Under the pieces are notes generated by a model. That model made no database searches, was not told the origin of the DNA, and saw nothing but the letters and a program-made list of their open reading frames with translations. Shown in pieces: positions 31,901 to 41,259 of a DNA stretch of 64,000 bases. Each line of letters begins with the position of its first letter. Positions within the stretch are counted from its first letter, which is position 1. A program made the position numbers and the translations under genes. Source of the DNA: Candidatus Krumholzibacteriota bacterium (lineage in GTDB: Bacteria; Krumholzibacteriota; Krumholzibacteriia; JAJRXK01). The stretch is taken from positions 64,001 to 128,000 of the forward strand of contig CAVSGG010000012.1 in assembly GCA_963727455.1 (NCBI GenBank), written 5' to 3'.

Positions 31901-31949
31901 TAGACTGGGGCGGAGGTTTCCAGCTCCCCGAACCCCTTGGGTGAATCCG

Positions 31950-33807
31950 ATGCACATGCTCCAATCTGCCGGCCAATCGCCCAAGCGGCGCGCCGCCTTT
32001 TTTGTGCTCTTGCTCCTGCCCCTGCTCGCTCTTTGGCCCTGCTTCGCTCGCGCGAGTTCACAGCTGAAACAGATCCTGCCTCCGGCCCTCCCCTGGCACG
32101 GCAAGAGCGAGGAGCTCATCGCGTCCGAAGGACGACCCCTGGATCACCCCGGCCGAGGAAATGCACCTGCGCGACAGCCCCGACTACGATCTGACTCACG
32201 ACTGGCTCATGCAGCTGGTGGATGCGGCGCCGCAGCTGAAACTCGTCTCTCTAGGGAAGAGCTACGAGCAACGCGACATCTGGATGGTCATCGCGAGCAA
32301 GGAGGGTGTGTGCACGCCCGAAGCCCTCGAGGCCAACGGGCGCCCCACGCTCTTGGCGCAGGCCGGGATCCACAGCGGGGAGATCGATGGCAAGGATGCC
32401 GGGCTCATGCTCTTGCGCGACATGACGGTGGATGCGCGCTGCCCCGAACTGCTCGATGGCGCCAACTTTCTCTTCATTCCCATCCTGAGCGTGGATGCCC
32501 ACGAACGTCGTTCCACGACAAACCGCATCAACCAACGCGGACCGCGCACCCAGGGTTGGCGCAGCAATGCGCGCAACCTGAACCTCAATCGCGATTACAC
32601 CAAGCTGGATACCCCCGAGATCCGGGCGGTGGTGAAGGCTCTCAACCGTTGGCCGGTTGATCTCTACCTGGATATCCACGTCACCGACGGTGCCGACTAC
32701 CAGTACGACATCACCTACGGCTTCAACGGGAGTTTCGCCTGGTCTCCCTCCATCGGGGGCTGGCTCGAAAGTACCTTCCGCCCCGCTCTGGATCACGAGC
32801 TGAAAGCAATGGGACACGTTCCCGGCGATTTGATCTTCGCGGCAAACGGCAAGGACATGCGTGGCGGGGTCTACTCCTTCACCGCGGGGCCACGCTTTTC
32901 CACCGGTTACGGGGACGCACGCCACTTGCCGACGGTGCTGGTGGAAAACCACTCTCTGAAGGACTACCGCCGGCGCGTCTTGGGAACGCGGGTATTTCTG
33001 GAGGGGACCCTGCGGCTTTTGGCCAAGGAAGGCGAGAGCCTGCGCGATTCGACGGCGCGCGATCGCATCCGTCGCCGCAAGGAGATCCCCAGCGAGTTCG
33101 AGGTGCCCGAGACGAAGCCCGAGCTCGTCGACTTTCTGGGGGTGAAGTCGCGCCGCGTGTTCTCAGAGATCTCGGGCGACAGCGTGGTGCAGTGGCTCGG
33201 CGAGCCCGAGACGATTCGCATCCCGCGCATCGTGGCCAACCAGCCCGCCGGTATGCTCACCCGTCCCAAGGCCTACTGGATCCCCGCCGCCTGGCCTGAG
33301 GTGATCGAACGCCTGAAGCTGCACGGCATCAAAGTGGAAAAAGTCGGGGAGCCCGAGGGACAGTCGGCGCAACTCGAATTCTACCGGCTGCAGGATCCGA
33401 AGCTGGCCAAGGAGCCCTACGAGGGTCACGCGCGCGTCAGCGCCGAAATCGAACCCGTGCAGAGGAGCGTCAACTTCGCGATGGGCTCCGCCAGGGTTCC
33501 CACCGACCAGCCGCTGGGCGATCTGGCCATGCTGCTCTTGGAACCACAGAGCCCGGACTCCTTCTTCCAATGGGGCTTCTTTCTCTCGAGCCTGCAGCGC
33601 ACCGAGTATTTCGAGAGTTACGTGATGGAACCCATGGCGCGCGCAATGCTTGCAGAGAATGACAGTTTACGCGTTCAGTTCGAGCAAAAGTTGAAGAATG
33701 ACGAGGACTTCGCGAAGGACCCGAACGCGCGGCTGGAGTGGTTCTACGAGAAGACGCCCTACTTCGACAAGCGCTACCGCATCTATCCGGTGGGCATCGA
33801 GCGCTGA
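31950..33807 (+). CDS. Secreted M14 family zinc carboxypeptidase (frameshift near 32128)
   Basis: Signal peptide; GIHSGE, NLNRD, DIHVTDG zinc and substrate motifs. Confidence 0.88.
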
Positions 33808-33925
33808 CTGGCGCTCGATGCCTTCGTTCTGCTAGGATCGCCGAGGCCCTTCCCCATCGGCCGTGCCTTCCCCCCATGCCGCATCGTCGACCTGCCTGCC
33901 TCTCGCGTCCACTCGGAGGCTGCCC

Positions 33926-36341
33926 ATGGATCTTCAGCGTCGTCCCTACTCTTCTCGCACCTCTTTCGCACGCGATCTGCTGGTCATCAACGCGCTGATC
34001 TGGCTGCTCGCCCCACTTCCCGCGCGGGCGGGCGTCGAGCCCGTCCCTTTCCATGGCTGGCTCGTGGCGCCTTTGGGAAATGCTGTCCTGGGCGACACCT
34101 CTCTGCCGAACTATCTGGTCGTCAACAACATCGGGAGCAGCGGACAGGACGGCGTGCGCTTCGACCTAGGCGCCACCCGCGGACGCATCGGCCCCGTACG
34201 TTGGATGGCGCCCGAGAGTCTTTCCGGTCGAAAGTACCGGGTGGTATCCGAGGGAAGCGATGCGGCGGGAACTCTGTGGTGGGCCACGGATGCAGTGGAC
34301 CGCGGTGGGGTGTTCGATTTCAGCATTGATCCCGGCAACCTGGTAGTCCAGGGAACCATGGTGGCGATCACCCTGACCAACGATGGCGATGTGGTCGCTA
34401 CCCTCGAGCTGGACAACAGTACGAGTCCTCTCTTCAGCTCCAGCGCTCCTTTTGTCGGTGTGAGTGAAGGACTCGGCGAGATCGCGGCGGACTTCGAGGC
34501 AAGCGCCGCGGGCAAGGCCATCGTTCCGCCGATCCTGGACGACCGCAATTTCGAATTCGAACCCGGAAACCAGATTAGCATCGACGGCGTGGGAACTTTC
34601 CCCGCCGACGGGGTGCACATCTCCCACCGGCTGCGCCATCGCGACCGGCTGGTGCTCCACTACCTGGATCTGCTCTTCACCGAGCCGGCGGGTTCGACCG
34701 GAACGCAGAGGCTGCGCGATCTGGCCATGGGACCCTTCTTCGGGACGACGCGCGGGCGAGGAGGAGTGCTGCTCGAGAGCGCTTCGGTGGGGTCTCAGGA
34801 TCGCCTCACAGTCAGCAACATCGGCAGCAGCGGTGAGGATGGAGTCGCCTGCGACTTCGAGGAGGATGAAGTGGGAATCGCCCTGTTGTGGGATCCCTCG
34901 ACCCTCGCTCCTCTGAGCGAAGGGGCCAGGATCCTCATCGCGGCGGACGCGGCGCAGGGGACCGCGCCGGAGGATCCCGTCGTCTCGTGTTCCGCCCTCT
35001 ACGAGAATCGGCAGCTCTCGATCGTCCGCGATCCCGCCACCACCGGCTCACCGCTGGAGGTGGCCTTCTACCTGGATGACGTCATGGTGAGCGCAGCTTC
35101 CGACCCCAGCGCCGCGCTGCAGGTGAGCGCGAGCCAATGGCCCAGCAGCGCCGGAGTCGAGAACGGCGATGCCCCGGGCGAATCCATCGTCTCCTGGGGC
35201 TTTGACCAGCCGGTCTCCATGCAAGCGGGGACCGACTCTCCCGTCTTGGCCGACCAGGTGCGCCTGCTCGTACCCAGTCTGGTTGCGCCGACCAAATCGA
35301 CCCGGCGTGTCGTCCTCACTCCCCCGAGCAGCGCGAGCCCGTACGACTGGACAGTTCTGGGACGCCGAAACACGATCCACCCGCCGGATCCCATCACGCC
35401 CTACGCCGCACTGCGTGGCCTTCACGCCGCGGGGATCGTGCACCGGGACATCGCCGCTCGCGTCGCCAACATAGGGAGTAGCGGTGAGGACGGCGTCAGG
35501 GTGGAATTCGAGCCCGCATCCAACTTGGGACTCAAGTGGCACTCGTCGTGGACCGGCGCCGGGTCTCCCGGCGAGCGCATCATGATGCCGACCTACGGCA
35601 CCACGAACAGCGACCCCGATCGGCCGATCATCGTCGGCCAGCTTTGGAACGAGAGCACGGGCAGTGAGGTGCAGGTGGGAGGAGATCTGAGCCCGCTGGG
35701 CGCCGGTGGACTGGTCTTCGAGCTCTATGACGATGGCGTATTGGTGAACAGCATCACCGCGCTGAACGATGCACCGGCGTTGAGCCTGCCCTCACCGCCC
35801 GACAGGGATGAGCGTGCGGGCTGGCGCAAACGGCCCGGTATTCTACCTGCAGCTCGTCGCAAACACCCAGGTCTCGACCCTCAGCTCACCGACCAAGACG
35901 ACGAGCCAGGCCGATTTCATCGTGGCAAAACCCAGCGAGTCACCAGCTGTGGTTCCCACCGAACTGGTCGCGCTCTCTCTTCGTGCGAGCTCTGTCGCCT
36001 GGGTCGTGATCGACGATACCAGCCCCCACTACGCGGTCGACGCGCCGCCGGCGCGGGCGGCTGCCGCTCTGACTCTGTATCCCAACGTGCCCAATCCCTT
36101 CAATCCACGCACCAGCATCGCCTTCGATCTGGACCGCTCCGGTCCCGTGAGTCTGCGCATCTACGATGTGCGGGGACAACTGGTGGACGTGCTTCAGGAC
36201 GGCTATCTGAGAGCAGGTCACTACGTGAAGATCTGGGAGGGCTTGGACGCCCGAGGCAAGGACGTGGCATCAGGGATCTACTATTTGCAGCTGGATACAG
36301 ATGGCAGACGCAGGACGAGCAAGATGAGTCTGGTGCGCTAG
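33926..36341 (+). CDS. Secreted three-repeat protein with C-terminal FlgD-Ig/T9SS-like sorting domain (frameshift near 35798)
   Basis: Signal peptide ending ARA; three NIGSSG[EQ]DGV repeats; C-terminus LYPNVPNPFNPRTSIAFDL...IYDVRGQLV...WEG...VASGIYY...KMSLVR. Confidence 0.85.
34127..35497 (+). repeat. Three protein-level repeats marked by NIGSSG[EQ]DGV at 34127, 34817 and 35468
   Basis: Motif spacing 690 and 651 nt (230 and 217 aa); downstream Trp and the ITLTNDGDVV/VAFYLDDVMV/FELYDDGVLV hairpin also recur. Confidence 0.9.
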
Positions 36342-37102
36342 GCGTTTTCTTCATCGAGCAGGACGCGTGCGACCTCCTCGGCCACGATGCGGGCCAGGCG
36401 CTGAGTATCGTCAGCCCATTTCCCCCGCGGCACGACACGAGCGCCGCGCGCTGCGGGATCAGGGCCACCTCCACTACTGGCCACGAGCGCGCTCACCTCG
36501 TCACGGCTCAACGCGCGGGCGCCGCCGGCCAATTCGGCTAGAAGGGTGATCTGCGCCAGGTGCTCCACCGTCTCCAGGGTCTGAAACGCGGTCATGGGAT
36601 CGGGCCCGCAGGCCACCACCCCGTGGTTGGGCATGAGCACCGCGTCGTGACGGGTGATGTGCTCACAAACCGCTCCAGCCACCTCATCCGTCCCCGGGGT
36701 CGCGTAGCGGCTCAGCGGAACCTTCCCCAGACCGAGCACCACCTCGGGCAGAAGACAGTCCTCAAGACCGCGCCCGGCCGTGGCCAGCGCGGTAGCCCAG
36801 CTGGGGTGCCCGTGCACCACCGCGCCCACCTCGCCCCGCGCACGGAAGATGGCCAGGTGCATCTGAATCTCGGTCGAGGGCTTGCCCTGGGCAGCGCGAC
36901 CATCCATCCCCACCTCGACCAGATCCTCCGGCTTCAAGAATCCCTTGGCCGCTCCGGAGCGGGTCGCCAAGACCGTCTTCTCGTCGAGGCGCGCCGATAG
37001 GTTGCCCTCGCAGGCCACGATGAGCCGCTGCTGGTACATCAGCGCGCCCACGCGGATGAGTTCGCGGGTAGCATCTTCGCGGGTAAGTCTGAGCTTTGTC
37101 AC
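36338..37102 (-). CDS. Class II aldolase/adducin family protein
   Basis: EGNLSAR, PSTEIQMH, VVHGHP, MPNHG. Confidence 0.9.
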   Translation of the reverse strand: MTKLRLTREDATRELIRVGALMYQQRLIVACEGNLSARLDEKTVLATRSGAAKGFLKPEDLVEVGMDGRAAQGKPSTEIQMHLAIFRARGEVGAVVHGHPSWATALATAGRGLEDCLLPEVVLGLGKVPLSRYATPGTDEVAGAVCEHITRHDAVLMPNHGVVACGPDPMTAFQTLETVEHLAQITLLAELAGGARALSRDEVSALVASSGGGPDPAARGARVVPRGKWADDTQRLARIVAEEVARVLLDEENA

Positions 37103-37142
37103 GGCAACTCCCAGTTCTCCGATACCGCGCACTCGAAGCGCC

Positions 37143-37637
37143 TCAGAGCTTCGCCAGCTCGGCCAGCGCCTCCACCCCATTGCGCTTCAAGTAGGCCACG
37201 ATGCCGCCCTCATCACGCAGCTTGAGCATCAGAGGCGAAAGTTCGACGGGAATCTTTGTGCCCTGCGTCTCGTTCACCAGGCACTTCGCCTCGATGTCCA
37301 ACTCCAGCTCGTCCTTCTCCTTGATTCCATCGGTATCCGCGATCAACAGGAGCAGACCCTGGTTCATGCAGTTGCGGTAGAAAATGCGCGCGAAGCTCTT
37401 GGCAATGATGGCTTCGATTCCGGTGTGGGCGAGCGAAGTGACCGCGGTCTCGCGACTACTGCCACAGCCGAAGTTGCGACCGGCCACCACGAAGTCCCCC
37501 TTCTTCACATTGGGCGCGAACTCGGGCCGGTACTCGATGAAGCAGATCTTGGCCAGCTCCTCGGGGTCGGTGGTTTGGTTGTAGCGACCGGGGGTGATGA
37601 GGTCGGTGTTGATGTTGTCGCCGAAGAGCCAGTTCAT
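37143..37637 (-). CDS. 3-isopropylmalate dehydratase/homoaconitase small subunit (LeuD/HacB type)
   Basis: DNINTDLITP, NFGCGSSRE, SFARIFYRN. Confidence 0.9.
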   Translation of the reverse strand: MNWLFGDNINTDLITPGRYNQTTDPEELAKICFIEYRPEFAPNVKKGDFVVAGRNFGCGSSRETAVTSLAHTGIEAIIAKSFARIFYRNCMNQGLLLLIADTDGIKEKDELELDIEAKCLVNETQGTKIPVELSPLMLKLRDEGGIVAYLKRNGVEALAELAKL

Positions 37638-37638
37638 C

Positions 37639-38901
37639 TCAACCTCGCACCGTCTGGGGGAGATACTGCCGCGGATCGCTGATCACGCCGGTCAGCGCGG
37701 TGGCGGCCGCGGTGGCGGGGCTCGCCAGATAGATCTGGGCGGTGGGGCTTCCCATGCGGCCCTTGAAATTGCGGTTCGAGGTGGAGACGCACACCTCGTC
37801 ATCGTCCAGAACTCCTCCCTGCCGTCCCAGGCAGGCCCCGCAGCCGGGGTTGGTAATGGCGGCGCCCATGTTCAGGAAGAACTCCACGAGCCCCTCCTTC
37901 ATCGCCTGCAAATACACGCTGCGGCTGGCCGGGGTGATCACCACGCGCGTATTGGGATCGAGCTCACGGCCCTCCCAGATCGACTTCACGATGCGCAGAT
38001 CCTCGATGCGGCAATTGGTACACGAACCGATGAAGACCTGATCCACGGGACGCCCTGCCACTTCCTCCACCTTGGCCTCCTGATCGATGTCGTGAGGACA
38101 GGCCACGGTGGGCACCAGCTCTTCGACATCGATCTCGATCGTCTCGCAATATTGCGCATCCGGGTCGCTGCCGTTGGACGCCCAGTCCCCTTCGCGACCC
38201 TGCCCTTTCAAGTACTCACGAGTGCGTTCGTCACTGGGCACGATCGCGGTCTTGGCGCCCAGCTCGGCGCACATGTTGGTCAAAGTCAGACGGTCGGGGA
38301 CCGGCCAGTTCCGAACCCTCGATCCCCCGAACTCGATGATCTTGTAGGTGCAGTGCTCGGTGCCGAGTTTCCCCGCGATATGCAGGATGACGTCCTTGGC
38401 GAAGACCCCGTGCGGAAGCTCGCCCTCGATGAGGATTCGAATGACCTCCGGCACGCGAAACCACAGCTTGCCGCTGGCCAACGCCACCGCAGCGTCGGTG
38501 CTTCCTACGCCGATGGTGAGGGCCCCGAGTCCTCCGCCGGTAGGGGTGTGACTGTCGGCGCCCAAGACCAGCATGGAGGGATGAATGTAATCTTCCGCCA
38601 GGAGCTGGTGGCACACCCCGTCGGTGCGAATTTTGATTCCCTGCTCCTTGGCGAAAGCTCGCACCTTCTTGTGGAGATGGGCCATGGCGGTGCTGGGCGC
38701 GGGATAGGCGTGGTCGAAGGGAATCACGATCCGCTGCGGATCGAAGACCTTGTCCGCAATTTCGTAGAAGGGATCCACCGCCCAAGCGCCGGTGGTATCG
38801 TGCGCCATCACCAAGTCGAGATCGCAGATCACCGTGTCGCCGGGATGGACCTCGCGTCCGCAGTGCGCGGAGAAAATCTTCTCCGGAAGATTCTGTCCCA
38901 T
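37639..38901 (-). CDS. 3-isopropylmalate dehydratase/homoaconitase large subunit (LeuC/HacA type)
   Basis: DSHT, FIGSCTN, PGCGACLG, STSNRNFKGRMG, YLASP. Confidence 0.92.
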   Translation of the reverse strand: MGQNLPEKIFSAHCGREVHPGDTVICDLDLVMAHDTTGAWAVDPFYEIADKVFDPQRIVIPFDHAYPAPSTAMAHLHKKVRAFAKEQGIKIRTDGVCHQLLAEDYIHPSMLVLGADSHTPTGGGLGALTIGVGSTDAAVALASGKLWFRVPEVIRILIEGELPHGVFAKDVILHIAGKLGTEHCTYKIIEFGGSRVRNWPVPDRLTLTNMCAELGAKTAIVPSDERTREYLKGQGREGDWASNGSDPDAQYCETIEIDVEELVPTVACPHDIDQEAKVEEVAGRPVDQVFIGSCTNCRIEDLRIVKSIWEGRELDPNTRVVITPASRSVYLQAMKEGLVEFFLNMGAAITNPGCGACLGRQGGVLDDDEVCVSTSNRNFKGRMGSPTAQIYLASPATAAATALTGVISDPRQYLPQTVRG

Positions 38902-38910
38902 GGATCTCCC

Positions 38911-39132
38911 TCAGCCGCCCGCCACCGGGCGTACGAGTTCGAGCCGGTCGCCTTCGCGCAAGACCGTGGTTGCGAAGGAATCCCGGCCGCGTGGCTCACC
39001 ATTCCACTCGACGACCAAGTAGCGCTCGTCGAGTTCCAGTCTCTCGATCAAATCCCTGAGGGTGGATCCTGCGGGGACACTCGACTCCTTGCCGTTGACC
39101 CTCAGCGAAATCACCCTCTCATCCGACGCCAT
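38911..39132 (-). CDS. thiS: Sulfur carrier protein ThiS
   Basis: 73 aa ubiquitin-like protein ending in GG; next to thiH and thiG. Confidence 0.9.
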   Translation of the reverse strand: MASDERVISLRVNGKESSVPAGSTLRDLIERLELDERYLVVEWNGEPRGRDSFATTVLREGDRLELVRPVAGG

Positions 39133-40246
39133 GCAGTGTCGCCTCCCAGTCCTTCCACACCGGCTGCAGCCCGAGTTCGCTCAAGCGCCTCGCCACCTCG
39201 GCCGGAGTACGTTGATCCGCAACCTCGAACTGTTCCGCCTGGTCGTTGGGATCCTCATAGCCTCCGGGTTCGGTACGGCTGCCCGCCGAGATCTGGGTGA
39301 TCCCCAGTCGCACCAGACCGTCGCGAAACGCGGCGCTCTCCCGGGTGGAGAGGACCAGGCCGAGGTCCGGCAGACAGATTCTCAAAGCGCACACGAGCTG
39401 CGCGAGTTCCGCGTCCTTGACCCGCACCGGGGCGTCGATGGCTTGCAGGGCGCTCTGCAGGCGCGGGACCGATACCGAGATGCGGCTGCGCCAGCAGTGT
39501 TTCTGCAGCCACTGCGCGTGAAGGAAGGTCGCCAGCGAATCCGCGCGCCAATCGCTCAAGCCCAAGAGACTGCCGATTCCGATCTGCTTCATTCCTGCCC
39601 GCGCCGCGCGCTCGGGAGTTTCCAGCCGCCAGTCGAAGTTCTTTTTCCTGCCCGCCGAGATGATAGCGCGCGTAGGCCTCGCGGTCGTAGGTCTCCTGGT
39701 ACACCGAGAGTGCGTCGACCCCGCGCCGACCAGCTCGCGGTAGCCCTTCTCGTATTGTGGCGCGACTTCGATGGCCACCGATGCGAAGCGCGGACGTAGG
39801 CGCTGCACGATATCCTTCAAATAGCCCGTGGAGACGATGCGCGGATGCTCGCCGCTGACCAGGAGAATGTGACGGAATCCCTGTTTGCGCAGGATCTCCG
39901 CCTCCCGCAGCGCCTGCTCTGCTTTCAGGGTCACCCGTTCGATTTGGTGCTCACGACTGAAGCCGCAGTAGGTGCAGGTATCGATGCACTCGTTGGAGAC
40001 GTAGAGCGGAGCGTAGAGCTGCACGATGCGCCCGAAACGCTGCACCGTGATCCTGCGGGCGAGTTGGGCCAGATCCTCCAGCCGCCTTTGGGCCGCGGGA
40101 GAAAGCAGGCGCGCGAATCGCTCCAAGACTGCCGCCCGAAGCGATTCAACGCCTGCTCGACTTGCACGTCGGTGGTGGCCAGCGAGAGTTCGCGCCAGGC
40201 GGAGAAGTCGGTCGCGTCGAAGAGTTCCTGAAAGCGTGTCGCTCAT
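39119..40246 (-). CDS. thiH: 2-iminoacetate synthase ThiH, radical SAM (compensating frameshifts)
   Basis: [24 protein letters not shown] (alternate frame), [23 protein letters not shown]. Confidence 0.9.
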   Translation of the reverse strand: MSDTLSGTLRRDRLLRLARTLAGHHRRASRAGVESLRAAVLERFARLLSPAAQRRLEDLAQLARRITVQRFGRIVQLYAPLYVSNECIDTCTYCGFSREHQIERVTLKAEQALREAEILRKQGFRHILLVSGEHPRIVSTGYLKDIVQRLRPRFASVAIEVAPQYEKGYRELVGAGSTHSRCTRRPTTARPTRAIISAGRKKNFDWRLETPERAARAGMKQIGIGSLLGLSDWRADSLATFLHAQWLQKHCWRSRISVSVPRLQSALQAIDAPVRVKDAELAQLVCALRICLPDLGLVLSTRESAAFRDGLVRLGITQISAGSRTEPGGYEDPNDQAEQFEVADQRTPAEVARRLSELGLQPVWKDWEATLHGVG

Positions 40247-41026
40247 CCCTCACTCGCCTCGAGGAAGCCGGTCAGAGGGCTGGAAGCTTCCGCCGTCATT
40301 CTCTGCGGTGGCAGACCCGCCTCGTAGGCCACACGTCCGGCATGCACCGCGTCCTTGAAGGCCGCGGCCATCGCGGCCGGATCGCGCGCCACTGCGATGG
40401 CGGTATTCACCAGCACCGCGTCCGCGCCCATTTCCATGGCACGAGCGGCGTGACTGGGAGCGCCGATGCCCGCATCGATCACCACCGGCACCGTGGCCTG
40501 TTCGATGATGATGGAGAGACTGGCTTCGGTGCGCAGACCCTGGTTGCTACCGATCGGACTCCCCAAGGGCATCACCGTGGCCGCGCCGGCTTCCTCCAGG
40601 CGCTTGGCCAGCACCGGATCGGCCGGCATGTAAGGCAGCACGGTGAAGCCGTCGGCCACGAGCAACTCGCAGGCCTTGAGGGTCTCCACCGGGTCGGGCA
40701 AGAGATAGCGCAGGTCGGGCGTCACCTCGAGTTTCACCCAGGAAGGCATGCCGCTGGCGCGCGCCAGACGCGCAAGACGCACCGCTTCCTCGGCGTCCTG
40801 CGCGCCGCTGGTGTTGGGAAGCAGCAGAACCGCTTTGGGGTCGAGGAAGTCCAGGATCTCGTCGCCCTTCGCGCTGGGGATCCACGCGGCGCAGAGCGAC
40901 CGTCACGATCTCCGTCCCGCTCGCGCGAATCGCGTCGCGCATGGAGGCGCCCGAAGGGAACTTGCCGGTACCCAGGATCAGACGGCTCGTGAAGGTTCGA
41001 TCGGCAATGGAAAGCGGTGTACTCAT
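40243..41026 (-). CDS. thiG: Thiazole synthase (frameshift near 40870)
   Basis: [46 protein letters not shown]. Confidence 0.93.
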
Positions 41027-41063
41027 GATGTTCGTCCCGCGGCTGGATGTCTCTCAGAGGGGC

Positions 41064-41091
41064 AATCTAGCAGAGCCTGGGGCCAAGTCAA
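41064..41091 (-). promoter_or_regulatory. Candidate sigma70 promoter for thiG operon
   Basis: Minus strand TTGACT-16 nt-TAGATT with TGn extended -10, about 40 nt upstream of thiG. Confidence 0.5.
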
Positions 41092-41259
41092 CGTGTCCCG
41101 CATCCCGGACGGCCTTCCGGACCGGAACACTCACTGTTCGAGCAAGCGACCCTGTCCCACTGCACATACCCTTCTTCTAAGTTCCGTAAATACAGACTAT
41201 TTTGAGCTTCCTATCAAGTTCTTTCGCAGCTTGGCGAGCTGCGTGCAGCAGGCTGCGGC

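Noticed and set aside
33926-36341. Calling this protein a bacterial tyrosine kinase
   Set aside because: The two kinase motifs are in reverse order and 407 codons apart, the catalytic Asn is missing, there is no Gly-loop, VAIK or DFG, and the protein is exported.
33800-36400. Classical diversity-generating retroelement
   Set aside because: No reverse transcriptase and no near-identical TR/VR pair with A-specific mismatches were seen in the window.
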